Positions 19,609-32,370 of a stretch of DNA of 64,000 nucleotides are shown here, in pieces. Origin of the DNA: an uncultured Verrucomicrobiae bacterium (GTDB lineage Bacteria > Verrucomicrobiota > Verrucomicrobiia > Chthoniobacterales > JAFAMB01); NCBI GenBank assembly GCA_963762565.1, contig CAVXLD010000005.1, forward strand, positions 384,001 to 448,000, given 5' to 3'. Each line of letters begins with the position of its first letter. Position 1 is the first letter of the stretch. The notes beneath the pieces are model-generated. The model did no database searches. It saw only the letters and a list, made by a program, of their open reading frames with translations, and was not told the origin of the DNA. Made by a program: the position numbers and the translations under genes.

Positions 19609-22065
19609 ATGAATCAGACTCAATCAAACGAAGCAACAACGCCGGCTACCGGCGCCAAGGGGCCCGCAGCTAAACCAGGCGCAAGAAAGCGTTCAGCAGC
19701 CGAAATTTCACCGCTGTCGCTTAGTCCTGACCTGCTTGAAAAAATCGATGCATGGTGGCGCGCCGCCAACTATCTAAACATCGGGCAGATCTATTTAATG
19801 GCCAACCCGCTTCTCCGGGAGCCGCTAAAGAAGGAACACATCAAACCGCGTCTGCTGGGGCACTGGGGCACCTCACCCGGCCTAAATCTTGTTTATGTCC
19901 ACCTGAATCGTCTGATCAACCAGTACGACCTCAATGTGGTGTATATGGCTGGTCCCGGCCATGGGGGTCCAGCGCTGGTGGCCAACGTTTATCTCGAAGG
20001 CACCTACACCGAACATTTTCCTCACATTACTCAAGATCAGGAAGGGATGCTTAAGCTTTTCCGCCAGTTTTCTACCCCTGGTGGTGTTCCTAGCCATGTA
20101 AGCGCCCCAACGCCCGGTTCCATTCACGAAGGAGGGGAACTAGGTTACGTGCTGGTGCACGCGTTTGGCGCGGCATTTGATAATCCGGACTTGATTGTCG
20201 CAGCGGTCGTTGGCGACGGCGAGGCAGAAACCGGACCTTTGGAAGGCAGCTGGAAAGGAAACAAGTTCCTGAACCCCGTACGCGACGGCGCAGTCCTTCC
20301 CATTCTCCATCTCAATGAATACAAGATTTCCGGTCCAACCATCTGGGGTCGCGAAAGCGATGATCGGGTCAGTAGTTTTCTGGCCGGTCACGGCTACGAA
20401 CCCGTATTTGTTGAAGGCAGCGATCCGATGACAGTGCATCAGGAATTCTCGGGTACGCTGGAAACAGCGATCCTGAAAATCCGTGATATTCAGAGTGACG
20501 CTCGTAAAAACGGATTCAAGGAACGCCCAGTTTGGCCGGCAATCGTCTTACGGACGCCCAAAGGTTGGACCGGGCCAAAAATCGTGGATGGTCTGCCAGT
20601 CGAGGGCACATTCCGAGCCCATCAGGTGCCGCTCGCCAATGTGCGCGATAATCCCTCGCATCTAAAGCTGCTCGAGGAATGGATGCGCAGCTATCGCCCG
20701 GAAGAGCTTTTTGACGGCAAAGGCCGGTTCCGGGAGGAGTATGCCGCACTGGCTCCGAAAGGACAAAGACGCATGGGCGCTAATCCACACGCGAACGGAG
20801 GATTAGTGTCTGTTCCGCTGGATCTACCTGACTTCACCGAATATGCTCTGGAGGTAGCCAAGCCAGGAACGGTTCAGCACGAATCGACCCGCGCCCTGGG
20901 AGAGCTCTTAAGAGATACTTTTAAGAGGAACGCCAAACAGGCCAATTTTCGCCTCTTCTGTCCAGACGAAACCAACTCCAATCGACTCGGCGCCGTTTTC
21001 GAGGTCACCAACCGCTGTCTGGTCAGCCGACTTATCGATAATGATGACCATGTTTCGCATGATGGTCGAGTCATGGAGGTCTTGAGTGAGCACAACTGCC
21101 ACGGATGGCTGGAAGGGTATGTTTTGACCGGGCGACACGGATTGTTCGCGACCTACGAAGCCTTTGCGATGGTGGTTGATTCCATGGCGATGCAACATGC
21201 GAAATGGGTTGAACATTGTTCGCGGATCTCTTGGCGTCGGCCGGTTCCGTCCCTGAATTATCTGCTGACGTCAACCTGCTGGCGGAACGACCACAACGGC
21301 TTCAGCCACCAAGGGCCGGGGTTCATCGATAACATCGTGACCAAGAAGCCGAGCGTCGTCCGAGTTTATCTACCTCCGGATGCCAACTGTTTGCTTTCAG
21401 TGGCCGATCATTGTTTGCGCAGCGTCAACTATCTCAATTTGATCGTGATCGATAAGCAACTTCAGCTGCAGTGGTTAAAGATGGATGATGCGCGCGAACA
21501 CTGCGCCCGTGGCGCCGGAGCCTGGGAGTGGTGTAGCAATGATCAAGGCAGAGATCCGGATATGGTGTTGGCCTGCGCCGGTGATATCGCAACGCTCGAG
21601 ACAGTGGCAGCGGCCTGGCTTTTGCGCCAGTATCTGCCTGAGCTGAAGGTGCGCGTGGTCAACGTTGTCGACCTCATGTCGCTTTGCCCGCCGGATCGAC
21701 ATCCCCACGGCATGACCAGCGACAGGTTCATTTCGCTCTTCACCGCAAACAAGCCGGTCATTTTCGCGTTCCACGGTTATCCCGGGGTTATACACCAGCT
21801 TATCCACGGTCGCCCGGAAGCCACCCGATTCCATGCGCGCGGCTACATCGAAGAAGGTACGACGACTACCCCGTTCGATATGGTGGTGTTGAACAAAATG
21901 AGTCGTGTTCACCTCTGCATGGACGCGGTACGATACGCACCGGACATCCGCAATGCCGGGGAATTGTTAGCTAAAGGGGAAGCGGTGCTGGCGAAACATC
22001 GGGCTTATGTGCAGGAGCACTTTGAAGATTTACCGGAGGTTCGAGACTGGGTGTGGTCGGACTAG
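19609..22065 (+). CDS. xfp: Xylulose-5-P/fructose-6-P phosphoketolase
   Basis: [56 protein letters not shown]. Confidence 0.96.
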   Translation: MNQTQSNEATTPATGAKGPAAKPGARKRSAAEISPLSLSPDLLEKIDAWWRAANYLNIGQIYLMANPLLREPLKKEHIKPRLLGHWGTSPGLNLVYVHLNRLINQYDLNVVYMAGPGHGGPALVANVYLEGTYTEHFPHITQDQEGMLKLFRQFSTPGGVPSHVSAPTPGSIHEGGELGYVLVHAFGAAFDNPDLIVAAVVGDGEAETGPLEGSWKGNKFLNPVRDGAVLPILHLNEYKISGPTIWGRESDDRVSSFLAGHGYEPVFVEGSDPMTVHQEFSGTLETAILKIRDIQSDARKNGFKERPVWPAIVLRTPKGWTGPKIVDGLPVEGTFRAHQVPLANVRDNPSHLKLLEEWMRSYRPEELFDGKGRFREEYAALAPKGQRRMGANPHANGGLVSVPLDLPDFTEYALEVAKPGTVQHESTRALGELLRDTFKRNAKQANFRLFCPDETNSNRLGAVFEVTNRCLVSRLIDNDDHVSHDGRVMEVLSEHNCHGWLEGYVLTGRHGLFATYEAFAMVVDSMAMQHAKWVEHCSRISWRRPVPSLNYLLTSTCWRNDHNGFSHQGPGFIDNIVTKKPSVVRVYLPPDANCLLSVADHCLRSVNYLNLIVIDKQLQLQWLKMDDAREHCARGAGAWEWCSNDQGRDPDMVLACAGDIATLETVAAAWLLRQYLPELKVRVVNVVDLMSLCPPDRHPHGMTSDRFISLFTANKPVIFAFHGYPGVIHQLIHGRPEATRFHARGYIEEGTTTTPFDMVVLNKMSRVHLCMDAVRYAPDIRNAGELLAKGEAVLAKHRAYVQEHFEDLPEVRDWVWSD

Positions 22066-22254
22066 GGGACGCAGCTTAACCAACTGGAAAGTTTAAATCA
22101 CGAGTAGTCAGGACTAAGTACGCCAACCATAGACTCCGCGAAATTGCTACTGCCGGAAGGAAGGGAGGGAGGCCCGCGCTTACTCCGTCAACCCACCGGA
22201 AGCCAGGGCTAAGGCATCGCAACCTATCACGACAAAACTTCTTTAGTTAGTACT

Positions 22255-24774
22255 ATGAATCCACCTCCAAACACATCCTTAGATTCTCAATGCCAGAACC
22301 CAGGCGTCGAGGACGATCGCACCGGTTTGAGTGTAGAAACGCTCAGACGAGCCCTGGCCGATAACCTTTTCTACGTACAGGGTAAATTCCGAGCGATCGC
22401 GACAAAAAATGATTTCTACATGGCCTTGGCCTATACTGTGCGCGATCGTTTGTTGCAGCGCTGGATAAATACCCTCGAAACCTACATCAAAGAAAAACAG
22501 CCTAAAATTGTCTGCTATTTGTCTGCGGAATTTCTATTGGGACCGCGCCTTGGTAATTCCCTGATCAATCTCGGTATCTACGATCAAGCGCGGCAAGCGG
22601 TTGAAGAACACGGGCTAGACCTGAAGGAATTGCTCGAGCAGGAAGCGGAACCAGGCCTAGGAAATGGCGGACTGGGACGGCTTGCCGCCTGCTACATGGA
22701 CTCGCTATCAACTCTGGAGATTCCCGCTATCGGATACGGTATCCGCTACGAATTCGGGATCTTTAGCCAGGTGATTCAGGATGGCTGGCAGGTGGAAATT
22801 GCGGACAAATGGTTGCGTTTGGGAGATCCCTGGGAGATTCCGCGTCCAGAGGCATCGGTCGAGGTAAACTTCAGTGGTTATACCGAAGCTTACACCGACG
22901 ATCAAGGCTGCTATCGGGTGCGCTGGATTCCTGCGCAGGTAGTTAACGGTGTTCCCTGCGATATGACTATCCTTGGCTATAGCGTAAATACCGCTAATAC
23001 GCTGCGTCTGTGGAAAGCGGAAGCACGCGAATCCTTCAGTTTTCAGGAGTTCAATGTGGGTGACTACTATGGCGCCGTCCACGACAAGGTGGTCACGGAG
23101 AACATCACAAAAGTTCTGTATCCGAACGATGAACCCGCTCAAGGCAAACAATTACGTCTGGAGCAACAATATTTCTTCGTGTCCTGTTCCTTGCAGGACA
23201 TGATCCGTATTCACCTGCGCAGGGGAAAGAACCTGACCGACTTCCACGAAACGTTTGCCGTGCAACTGAATGATACCCATCCATCGATTGGGGTTGCCGA
23301 ACTCATGCGGTTGCTGGTGGATGAGCATCAGATGAATTGGGATGTGGCTTGGGACATTACCGAGAAAACGTTTGCTTACACCAATCACACGCTACTGCCG
23401 GAGGCTTTGGAGAAGTGGCCGATCAGCTTGTTTGGTAGCCTCTTGCCCCGGCACCTCGAGATTATTTACGAGATCAATCGGCGTTTCCTGGATCAGGTGC
23501 GCCTTAAATTTCCCGACGACACAGCCCGCATCGCCCGAATGTCGCTGATTGATGAGAGCGGTGAAAGGTATGTCCGGATGGCTTATCTCGCCACGGTCGG
23601 TAGCCATAAAGTCAATGGAGTGGCCGAACTGCATTCCCAGCTTCTGAAGGAAACAACGTTGCGCGACTTCTTTGAGCTCTGGCCCGAGAAATTTCTCAAC
23701 ATCACTAACGGCGTTACTCCGCGCCGGTTCATGGTGGCGAACAATCCTCGACTCTCCAGCTTGGTGACCCGGACAATTGGTGATGGCTGGGTCAAACAAT
23801 TGGACGATCTCCGCGAACTGGAAGCGTTGGTGGAAGACCCAGGATTCCGTAGCGAGTTTCAAAAGGTTAAGCAGGAAAATAAGCAGGACCTAGCTGACTA
23901 CATTCGCGCGCAGACGGGGATAGCCGTGAATCCGGAATCGATCTTTGATGTGCAGGTGAAACGCTTGCATGAATATAAGCGACAGCATCTGAATGTGCTG
24001 CACATCATCACGTTGTACAATCGCCTAAAACACGATCTCAATACCGAGATCGTGCCCCGGACGTTTATTTTTGGCGGCAAAGCCGCTCCGGGCTACTTCA
24101 TGGCCAAGCTGATCATTAAGTTGATTAATTCAGTGGGAGAAGTCTTGAACAGCGATTCCGACGTAGGCGACCGCCTCAAGGTCGTGTTCTTGCCCAACTA
24201 CAACGTCAAACAAGCTCGATGGATCTATCCCGCCGGAGACTTGTCCGAACAAATCTCCACGGCTGGCTATGAGGCGTCCGGTACCAGCAATATGAAATTT
24301 GCCCTGAACGGGGCTTTAACGATTGGCACGTTGGACGGCGCTAACATTGAAATCCGCCAAGCAGTCGGCCAAGACAACTTTTTCCTGTTTGGATTAACCG
24401 CGGAAGAAGTTCGAGCGAAACGAGCTACCGGTTATCATCCGTGGGATTACTACGAGTCTAACCCGCACTTGCGGGAAGCGATTGACCAGATAAACTCCGG
24501 TCACTTTTCCCGTGGCGACACTAACTTGTTTAAGCCACTGGTAGATTCTGTGATGAAATACGATCCGTACCTGGTTTTCGCGGATTACCAGGCCTATGTA
24601 GATTGCCAAAAACAGGTCAGTCAGGCTTATAAGGATAGAGAGAACTGGACCCGGATGTCGATTCGCAATACTGCTTGCATGGGCAAATTTTCATCTGACC
24701 GCGCGATTCGGGAGTACTGTGAGAAGATCTGGAATGCCAAGCCAGTCAAGGTTGAACTCGAACAATATGTTTAG
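22255..24774 (+). CDS. glgP: Glycogen/alpha-glucan phosphorylase
   Basis: [40 protein letters not shown]. Confidence 0.97.
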   Translation: MNPPPNTSLDSQCQNPGVEDDRTGLSVETLRRALADNLFYVQGKFRAIATKNDFYMALAYTVRDRLLQRWINTLETYIKEKQPKIVCYLSAEFLLGPRLGNSLINLGIYDQARQAVEEHGLDLKELLEQEAEPGLGNGGLGRLAACYMDSLSTLEIPAIGYGIRYEFGIFSQVIQDGWQVEIADKWLRLGDPWEIPRPEASVEVNFSGYTEAYTDDQGCYRVRWIPAQVVNGVPCDMTILGYSVNTANTLRLWKAEARESFSFQEFNVGDYYGAVHDKVVTENITKVLYPNDEPAQGKQLRLEQQYFFVSCSLQDMIRIHLRRGKNLTDFHETFAVQLNDTHPSIGVAELMRLLVDEHQMNWDVAWDITEKTFAYTNHTLLPEALEKWPISLFGSLLPRHLEIIYEINRRFLDQVRLKFPDDTARIARMSLIDESGERYVRMAYLATVGSHKVNGVAELHSQLLKETTLRDFFELWPEKFLNITNGVTPRRFMVANNPRLSSLVTRTIGDGWVKQLDDLRELEALVEDPGFRSEFQKVKQENKQDLADYIRAQTGIAVNPESIFDVQVKRLHEYKRQHLNVLHIITLYNRLKHDLNTEIVPRTFIFGGKAAPGYFMAKLIIKLINSVGEVLNSDSDVGDRLKVVFLPNYNVKQARWIYPAGDLSEQISTAGYEASGTSNMKFALNGALTIGTLDGANIEIRQAVGQDNFFLFGLTAEEVRAKRATGYHPWDYYESNPHLREAIDQINSGHFSRGDTNLFKPLVDSVMKYDPYLVFADYQAYVDCQKQVSQAYKDRENWTRMSIRNTACMGKFSSDRAIREYCEKIWNAKPVKVELEQYV

Positions 24775-24825
24775 GGCGAGTGGAAAAGCGGCAACTTGAA
24801 ACGAGTTTTGAGTTAACAAGTCTGT

Positions 24826-25479
24826 TTGGGAGCGGTAATTCTGAGCTTAACACTATATTTTTTGCGCCATGGAGAGACGGCCTACAGTAAGACCGGCGCG
24901 TACTGTGGGGAAGTGGACGCCGAACTAACTTCTGAGGGCGCCCGAATGGCGAAAGCGTTTGCCGACGCCTACCGCCTAGTGCCATGGACCGCCGTTTATG
25001 TCAGCCCAATGAAACGCACCATCGCAAGCGCGCAACCTTTGTGTGACGCTCTCGGCTTGAAGATGGAACTCCGATCCGGACTCGAAGAAATCCACTACGG
25101 GAAGTGGGAAGATAAGAGTGTCGATTTTGTGAAACAACATCACTGGGACGATTATATCCATTGGCTAGCTGAACCTGCCTGGAATCCGCCCACTGGAGGT
25201 GAAACCTCCGTCGAAATTGCCAGTCGAGCATCGTTAGTGATAGCGGAGATTCAGAAGAAGTATGCCTCCGGTAATGTCTTGGTTGTTTCTCACAAAGCGA
25301 CGATCCGAATTATTCTCTGTGACCTGCTAGGCATCGACCTGGGGCGTTATCGCGATCGCATCGATATGTTGGCTGGCGCAGTGAGTACTGTTAAGTTTGA
25401 CCTACATGGTCCCTTACTACAGGAACTGGGTAATCGCGCCTATATGGGCGAAGACCTGCGTTCTCGGGCAGGAACGTAG
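24826..25479 (+). CDS. Histidine phosphatase (phosphoglycerate mutase superfamily)
   Basis: LYFLRHGET, EIHYGKWE, GGE, VVSH. Confidence 0.9.
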   Translation: MGAVILSLTLYFLRHGETAYSKTGAYCGEVDAELTSEGARMAKAFADAYRLVPWTAVYVSPMKRTIASAQPLCDALGLKMELRSGLEEIHYGKWEDKSVDFVKQHHWDDYIHWLAEPAWNPPTGGETSVEIASRASLVIAEIQKKYASGNVLVVSHKATIRIILCDLLGIDLGRYRDRIDMLAGAVSTVKFDLHGPLLQELGNRAYMGEDLRSRAGT

Positions 25480-25530
25480 GGTGCCAATTTTGCCAGAGAT
25501 GCTGCCGTTCAGTCTTGTTGTGATGTCGCG

Positions 25531-26745
25531 ATGAAAATCTTGGTACTGAACGCGGGATCGAGCAGCCAAAAGAGCTGTCTCTATGAGTTCAATCCGGAAG
25601 CGCTCCCATCTCCGTCTCAGCCTCTTTGGGAAGCCGAGATTGATTGGACCCACCGCCGGGCTCTGGCGGAGCTGAAAGTAACAACTGCGCACGGAGCTTC
25701 GCTGGAGGAGAGTTTGAAGTCAGAATCCCGGTCTGACGCAACCGGCCACATGCTGAGGACTCTCTGGAGCGGGAAAACGCAGACGATCACGCAGCCTAAC
25801 GACATTGATATAGTCGGTCATCGAGTGGTGCATGGTGGGCGGGAGTATGGACAGAGTGCATTTATTACGCCTGAGGTGAAGGCGGCGATCGCCCGCCTGG
25901 CCGAGCTAGCTCCTGCTCATAATCCAGCGAATTTGGCGGGCATTGTTGCGATTGAGCAAATGTTAGGCGCTGTTCGGCAAGTAGCCGTCTTCGATACCGC
26001 CTTTCACGCGCAAATGCCAGAGATAGCGGCGATTTATCCGGGCCCCTACGAATGGTGGGAACAAGAGATTCGACGGTATGGTTTCCATGGCATTAGCCAT
26101 CAATATTGTGCGGCTCGTGCTGCCGAAATCCTTGATCGCGACCCGAAGGATTTGCGCCTAGTTACCTGCCATCTCGGCAACGGTTGTTCCTTGGCGGCCA
26201 TTCGCGGCGGCCGCAGTGTCGATACCACAATGGGGTTCACGCCACTGGAGGGGCTGATGATGGGCAGTCGCTCTGGCTCAATCGATCCCGGCCTGTTGCT
26301 CCATTTGTTGCGGCAGCCAGACTACAGCGTCGACAAGCTCGACCGCGTCCTAAATCAGGAATCAGGTTTAGAGGGCATCTCTGGCATATCGAGCGACCTG
26401 CGGGAAATTTTGGCAGCGATGGCCCAAGGCAATTCGCGCGCTCAACTCGCTTTTGATGCCTATGTACATAGCTTGCGGTCTCACATTGGTGCGATGCTGG
26501 CTACCCTCGGCGGGTTGGACGCACTGGCGTTTACGGCAGGAGTCGGCGAACACGCCGCGGCCGTGCGCGCTGCCGCCTGTGAGGCATTTGCGTTTCTAGG
26601 GCTGAAGCTAGACCCGGAGAAGAACGCTCAATCGCGATTGGACTGGGATATCGCGGCTCCTGACTCAACCGTGCGAGTGTTAGTGATTCATGCCCAAGAA
26701 GATTGGGAGATCGCGCGCGAATGCTGGAAACTCACTCGGCACTGA
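25531..26745 (+). CDS. ackA: Acetate kinase
   Basis: [54 protein letters not shown]. Confidence 0.97.
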   Translation: MKILVLNAGSSSQKSCLYEFNPEALPSPSQPLWEAEIDWTHRRALAELKVTTAHGASLEESLKSESRSDATGHMLRTLWSGKTQTITQPNDIDIVGHRVVHGGREYGQSAFITPEVKAAIARLAELAPAHNPANLAGIVAIEQMLGAVRQVAVFDTAFHAQMPEIAAIYPGPYEWWEQEIRRYGFHGISHQYCAARAAEILDRDPKDLRLVTCHLGNGCSLAAIRGGRSVDTTMGFTPLEGLMMGSRSGSIDPGLLLHLLRQPDYSVDKLDRVLNQESGLEGISGISSDLREILAAMAQGNSRAQLAFDAYVHSLRSHIGAMLATLGGLDALAFTAGVGEHAAAVRAAACEAFAFLGLKLDPEKNAQSRLDWDIAAPDSTVRVLVIHAQEDWEIARECWKLTRH

Positions 26746-26758
26746 AAGGAACCAACCC

Positions 26759-28438
26759 ATGGAAATCTCCGCACTGGCAGGCAAGCCTGCCCCGAGGAAT
26801 ATGCTAGTAGATCTTGCGCGACTCGAACGGGAATATTACGAGCACCGGCCCGACATTGCAGATCCCGACCAATTGGTCAGTTTCGGGACCAGCGGACACC
26901 GCGGCTCCTCGCTGCGCGGCACGTTCACCGAATCCCATATTCTCGCGATTACCCAAGCCATCTGCGACTGCCGGCGCAGCCGTGGGGTCGACGGGCCGCT
27001 CTATATGGGCAAGGATACGCACGCATTGTCCGGTCCTGCGCAGCGGACCGCGCTAGAAGTGCTCGCGGCCAATGAGGCGGAGACATTCATCCAGCGCGAC
27101 GACGGCGTGACTCCGACCCCGGTGATTTCGCATGCCATTCTTGGATACAACCGAGGGCGCAAGGAGCATTTCGCAGATGGCATTGTCATTACACCATCGC
27201 ATAACCCGCCTGAAGATGGCGGCTTCAAGTACAACCCTCCTAATGGCGGGCCGGCGGACACCGACGTGACGCGGTGGGTGCAGGATCGAGCAAACGACTT
27301 GCTCCGCGGGCGCAATGCCGGCGTGAAACGCGTGCCATTTGCCAAAGCGATCGCGGCGGCAAGCACGCACCAGGAAGACTTTGTCGTGCCCTACGTCAAG
27401 GATCTGCGGAACGTGGTGGACCTTGATGCCATCCGCACGGCCGGCCTCAAGCTGGGCGTAGACCCGCTCGGCGGCGCCGCCCTCTCTTATTGGGAACCGA
27501 TCAACTCCATTTACAAATTGGATATTAGCGTCGTCAACCCGAAGCTCGACGCAACGTTCTCATTTATGACCGTCGATCATGACGGCAAAATTCGTATGGA
27601 CTGCTCCAGCCCGTATGCGATGGCCCGGCTCGTGGGACTCAAGGATCAATTTCGAGTTGCTTTTGCTAATGATCCGGATTCGGACCGGCATGGGATCGTA
27701 ACCCCTTTCGCGGGATTGATGAATCCCAACCATTATTTGGCAGTGGCGATCCGCTACTTGCTTACCCATCGTCCGGGTTGGGCGGCCAGCGCCGCGGTGG
27801 GAAAAACGGTGGTTAGTAGCAGCCTGATTGACCGCGTCGTCCAGAAACTCGGCCGCCGGCTGTATGAGGTGCCGGTGGGATTCAAATGGTTTGCGCCTGG
27901 ACTGTTCGATGGCTCACTCTGCTTCGGGGGCGAGGAGAGCGCGGGAGCAAGTTTCCTCCGGCAGAAGGGCACTGTTTGGACGACCGATAAGGACGGACCG
28001 ATCATGGATCTGCTAGCAGCCGAGATCACCGCGCGCACCGGCAAAGATCCCGGTGAACACTTCGATGAGCTGGCGGCGGAATTTGGCATGCCTTACTACA
28101 CGCGCATCGATGCGCCGGCCACGCCGCAGCAGAAGAAAAGTCTCGGGCAGCTTTCGGCTGACGCCGTTAAGGAATCAACATTGGCCGGAGAGACGATTAC
28201 CGCCAAGCTGACCCGTGCTCCGGGTAACAACGCGCCTATCGGCGGCTTGAAGGTCGTTGCTGTTAATGGCTGGTTCGCGGCCCGTCCGTCCGGCACGGAG
28301 AACATCTACAAGATTTACGCAGAGAGTTTTAAGGATCTGACGCACCTGAAAACGATTTTGAATGAAGCCCAGGATATGGTGACCAACGCGCTGAAATCGA
28401 CGCTTCCAGGTCGCGAACCTGCAGAAGGAGAACAATGA
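26759..28438 (+). CDS. pgm: Phosphoglucomutase
   Basis: [36 protein letters not shown]. Start at MEISALAG. Confidence 0.96.
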   Translation: MEISALAGKPAPRNMLVDLARLEREYYEHRPDIADPDQLVSFGTSGHRGSSLRGTFTESHILAITQAICDCRRSRGVDGPLYMGKDTHALSGPAQRTALEVLAANEAETFIQRDDGVTPTPVISHAILGYNRGRKEHFADGIVITPSHNPPEDGGFKYNPPNGGPADTDVTRWVQDRANDLLRGRNAGVKRVPFAKAIAAASTHQEDFVVPYVKDLRNVVDLDAIRTAGLKLGVDPLGGAALSYWEPINSIYKLDISVVNPKLDATFSFMTVDHDGKIRMDCSSPYAMARLVGLKDQFRVAFANDPDSDRHGIVTPFAGLMNPNHYLAVAIRYLLTHRPGWAASAAVGKTVVSSSLIDRVVQKLGRRLYEVPVGFKWFAPGLFDGSLCFGGEESAGASFLRQKGTVWTTDKDGPIMDLLAAEITARTGKDPGEHFDELAAEFGMPYYTRIDAPATPQQKKSLGQLSADAVKESTLAGETITAKLTRAPGNNAPIGGLKVVAVNGWFAARPSGTENIYKIYAESFKDLTHLKTILNEAQDMVTNALKSTLPGREPAEGEQ

Positions 28439-30003
28439 GCGATACTAGCCGCCCAACGCGTCTTATCCCGTTCGGACCCCAGTACCGCGCTTCCGGTATG
28501 CTGCTGCATCTAACGTCGTTGCCTTCGCCTTATGGTATTGGAGATATTGGGCCGGCCGCATTCGCGATGGTGGACCGCCTCCAAGCAGCGGGCCAGGGCT
28601 GGTGGCAGGCGCTCCCGCTCGGTCCTACGGGTTATGGTAATTCGCCCTACCAGTCTTTATCTTCTTTCGCGGGCAATGGACTGCTCATCAGCCCGGACTT
28701 CCTGATCGAAGAAGGACTCTTGCAAGCCAGCGATTGTGACGAGGGACGTTCGTTCCCAACAAACGCTGTCGATTACGACGTAGTCATCCCGTTCAAACAT
28801 AAGTTACTCGAGAAGGCCTGGACGACCTTTAGCGGCATGCCGCGCTCAGCGTTGCGCCTCGACTATGACCAGTTTTGCACTCAGCATGCACATTGGTTAG
28901 ACGACTACGCTTTGTTTCGAGCATTGAAAGCCAGACATGGCGGCGTCTGCTACCTCGATTGGCCGGAAGAATTAGTCCGGCGTGAGCCAACAACGTTGGC
29001 TCAAGCGCGGCGCGATCTGGCGGAACCGATCGACCAGTTTCGTTTCGCCCAGTTTCTTCTTTTCCGTCAGGGCAAACAGCTGAGGGAATATGCTCACTCC
29101 AAGGGGGTGCATCTCGTCGGTGATCTGCCCTTTTTCGTTTCGCCCGATTCGAGCGACGTTTGGGCAAACCCAGAACTGTTTCTGCTAGATGAACATCGCC
29201 GGCCGCGGTTCGTTGGTGGCGTTCCACCCGACTATTTCAGCGCACAAGGGCAACTGTGGGGCAACCCCGTCTATGATTGGGAGGCGCTTCAACGGATCGG
29301 TTATCGGTGGTGCATCGACCGCTTGCGAGCGTTGCTGACGCACGTTGATGTCGTGCGACTAGATCATTTTCGCGGGTTTGCGGCTGCGTGGCACGTACCG
29401 GCAGAGGCGAAAACCGCGCAGTCCGGACAGTGGGTGTCCGGTCCGGGTGCCGGCTTCTTCAGTGCGGTCCGGAAGGAGTTAGGGACTCTGCCGTTTATAG
29501 CCGAGGACTTGGGAGTAATCACACCCGACGTTTCCGGGTTACGCGAGCAGTTCCAGTTGCCCGGAACCAGGGTCCTTCAGTTCGCGTTCGACGGCCACTC
29601 GGACAACCCATACCTCCCTGAAAACTATATCCCGAATACGGTTGTTTACACGGGCACCCACGACAATAACACAACTCGTGGTTGGTTTGACGCACTGCCA
29701 GAGGACCAGCGGCGGAACCTGTGGAATTATCTGAAGAGCCCGATGGGTAAGAGCGAGGAGGTGGCTTGGGAACTAATCCGTCTGGCATCGTCTTCCGTCG
29801 CAGGGCTCGCCATCGTGCCATTACAGGATTTGCTCAATCTGGGAGCAGAAACTCGGATGAATCTGCCTGGAAGCACGGAAGGCAACTGGCGCTGGCGCTG
29901 CACCGACAAAATGTTGTCCGATTCGGTTTTCGACCGCTTGCGCGAGTTGACCATGACGTCGGAACGCTCTCCGGGAATAACGCCGACGAGGCCGCGAATT
30001 TAA
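28435..30003 (+). CDS. malQ: 4-alpha-glucanotransferase (GH77)
   Basis: [47 protein letters not shown]. Confidence 0.96.
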   Translation: MSDTSRPTRLIPFGPQYRASGMLLHLTSLPSPYGIGDIGPAAFAMVDRLQAAGQGWWQALPLGPTGYGNSPYQSLSSFAGNGLLISPDFLIEEGLLQASDCDEGRSFPTNAVDYDVVIPFKHKLLEKAWTTFSGMPRSALRLDYDQFCTQHAHWLDDYALFRALKARHGGVCYLDWPEELVRREPTTLAQARRDLAEPIDQFRFAQFLLFRQGKQLREYAHSKGVHLVGDLPFFVSPDSSDVWANPELFLLDEHRRPRFVGGVPPDYFSAQGQLWGNPVYDWEALQRIGYRWCIDRLRALLTHVDVVRLDHFRGFAAAWHVPAEAKTAQSGQWVSGPGAGFFSAVRKELGTLPFIAEDLGVITPDVSGLREQFQLPGTRVLQFAFDGHSDNPYLPENYIPNTVVYTGTHDNNTTRGWFDALPEDQRRNLWNYLKSPMGKSEEVAWELIRLASSSVAGLAIVPLQDLLNLGAETRMNLPGSTEGNWRWRCTDKMLSDSVFDRLRELTMTSERSPGITPTRPRI

Positions 30004-30134
30004 TGTGCGAGTGCATTTTTTCCGCCCCGAAGGGGCGCATGATTCGGGGCGGGCGCTCCAAGACCAAGCGCCCTTACGAGGAGCGCCAGATGGAGTGGCT
30101 TTTATATGAACAAAGAAAAGAAAGCCGGAAATTT

Positions 30135-30170
30135 ATGCGCATAGGAATTGCCACCAATTACGGCAGATGA
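30135..30170 (+). pseudogene. Probable N-terminal remnant of an RpiB/LacA/LacB sugar-phosphate isomerase
   Basis: MRIGIATNYGR* resembles the RpiB start MxIxIxxDHxG; its stop overlaps the glgX start (ATGA). Confidence 0.45.
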
Positions 30171-32233
30171 ACACCGTAGTTTCGACCGGTAAAAGTTTTC
30201 CAATCGGTGCGACCGTGTATCCGAGCGGCGTGAATTTCAGCGTTTTCGCCCAAGGCAACACTGCTGTGGAGTTGCTGCTGTTTGACCAGGCCGATGACAG
30301 TTGCCCTTCGCGGACGATCATGCTGGATCCAGTTATTAACCGCAGCCGTCACTACTGGCATGTCTTTGTGTCGGGCGTCGAAGTTCGCCAGATTTACGGT
30401 TATCGTGTAGACGGGTCCTTCGCCCCCGAGCGCGGGTTGCGATTTGATCCCCAAAAGGTGTTGCTCGACCCGTATGGCAGCGCCATTGCGCGCCCGGCGA
30501 ACTATAGCCGTGTTGCTGCCTGCAGGCCCGGCGATAACTGTGCTACGTCCCTAAAGAGCGTCGTTGCGGACGTAAGCCGGTACGATTGGGAAGGCGATGA
30601 GCCCCTGCGGCGGCCATTCTCAAGCACAGTGATTTACGAAATGCACGTTGCCGGTTTCACTAAACATCCTAGTTCCGGCATCGATCCGGTGAAGCGAGGC
30701 ACCTATGCGGGGTTAATTGATAAGATCCCGTATCTTCAAGATCTCGGCGTAACGGCCGTAGAATTGCAGCCTGTTTTCCAGTTCGACGAGCAAGATGCTC
30801 CCGGAGGGTTAACTAACTATTGGGGTTACTCGCCCGTGTCGTTCTTCACCCCTCATTCCAAATACAGTTCGTGTCTTGATCCCCTAGCCATGCTCGATGA
30901 GTTCCGGGATATGGTTAAGGAGCTGCACCGGGCTGGAATCGAGGTTATTCTCGATGTGGTTTATAATCATACCGCAGAAGGCGACGAGAATGGGCCAACT
31001 CTCTGTTTTAAAGGGTTCGCCAACCAGGCCTACTACATCCTTGATCGAGACACGGGGCGCTACGCGAATTACACTGGCACCGGCAATACTCTGAACGCTA
31101 ACGAACCCTTTGTCCGGCGACTCATTCGTGACAGCCTGCATCATTGGGTAGAGGTCATGCATGTAGACGGTTTCCGCTTCGACCTGGCATCGATCCTCTC
31201 GCGAGACGAGTCGGGGCGTCCACTTGAGAATCCACCTATCCTCTGGGACATCGAATCGGATCCAGGGCTAGCCGACACCAAGCTTATTGCGGAAGCATGG
31301 GACGCCGCCGGCCTCTACCAGGTCGGCTCATTCATTGGCGATTCGTGGAAGGAATGGAACGGCCGGTTCCGAGACGATGTGCGCAGCTTTATGAAGGCGG
31401 ACAATGACACGGTCACACGGATCTCGTATCGACTGTTTGGCAGCCCGGACATCTACGGGCCGGCGCAACGTGAGCCCGAGCAAAGCGTTAACTTTATTAC
31501 CTGCCATGACGGCTTCACACTGAACGATCTCGTCTCGTACAACGTGAAGCACAACGAAGCGAACGGAGAGAACAATTGCGATGGTTCAGATGCCAACGTC
31601 AGTTGGAACTGCGGCTTCGAAGGTCCCAGCGACGATCCAGCTATCGAGGGATTGCGCAACCGCATGGTGAAGAATTTTCTAGCTCTCATACTGCTCTCTG
31701 TTGGCACGCCGATGCTGCTCATGGGGGACGAGGTTCGGCGTACCCAACGCGGAAATAACAATGCTTATTGTCAGGACAACGACATTACTTGGTATGACTG
31801 GTCGCTATTGGAAAAGCACGCGGACATTCACCGGTTTGTCAAAACGCTGATCGAAATCCGGCGCCGGCAGACGGAGAGTGTCTTGCCGAATTTGACTCTT
31901 AATCAGTTGCTGGCACGGGCTCGCATCCAGTGCCACGGCACTAGCCTAAATGAACCCGACTGGAGCAATCAATCTCACAGCCTGGCGTTAGCTGCGTCTT
32001 CAGTTGCCGCCGACTTGGACCTCTACCTGATACTAAATGCGTACTGGGAACCTCTGAGATTCGAGGTACCACGGGTTTATGAACATGAATTACGGCCATG
32101 GCGACGCTGGTTAGACACGTTTCTTGAGCCCCCTGATGACATCTGTCTATTCTCCAATGCGCCGCCGATCGACGGCTCATCTTATCTAGTGCAGCCGCGT
32201 TCTATCGTTGCCCTGGTGCGTGGAGAGAAGTGA
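30167..32233 (+). CDS. glgX: Glycogen debranching enzyme/isoamylase (GH13)
   Basis: NYWGY, ILDVVYNHT, DGFRFDLA, IAEAWD, HDGFTL, NNNAYCQDN. Confidence 0.96.
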   Translation: MNTVVSTGKSFPIGATVYPSGVNFSVFAQGNTAVELLLFDQADDSCPSRTIMLDPVINRSRHYWHVFVSGVEVRQIYGYRVDGSFAPERGLRFDPQKVLLDPYGSAIARPANYSRVAACRPGDNCATSLKSVVADVSRYDWEGDEPLRRPFSSTVIYEMHVAGFTKHPSSGIDPVKRGTYAGLIDKIPYLQDLGVTAVELQPVFQFDEQDAPGGLTNYWGYSPVSFFTPHSKYSSCLDPLAMLDEFRDMVKELHRAGIEVILDVVYNHTAEGDENGPTLCFKGFANQAYYILDRDTGRYANYTGTGNTLNANEPFVRRLIRDSLHHWVEVMHVDGFRFDLASILSRDESGRPLENPPILWDIESDPGLADTKLIAEAWDAAGLYQVGSFIGDSWKEWNGRFRDDVRSFMKADNDTVTRISYRLFGSPDIYGPAQREPEQSVNFITCHDGFTLNDLVSYNVKHNEANGENNCDGSDANVSWNCGFEGPSDDPAIEGLRNRMVKNFLALILLSVGTPMLLMGDEVRRTQRGNNNAYCQDNDITWYDWSLLEKHADIHRFVKTLIEIRRRQTESVLPNLTLNQLLARARIQCHGTSLNEPDWSNQSHSLALAASSVAADLDLYLILNAYWEPLRFEVPRVYEHELRPWRRWLDTFLEPPDDICLFSNAPPIDGSSYLVQPRSIVALVRGEK

Positions 32234-32370
32234 CAAGACAAGCGGAGGAGCTCCTTTTTTGTTGAACGGTAGCAGAGTAAATACAATTATAGGTCCCCGG
32301 CCGTGGGGCTTCATGGGCCGACCGAAATTCGGGACTTGCGAAATCTTGTCTGAATCCGGAGGAACCCCAA

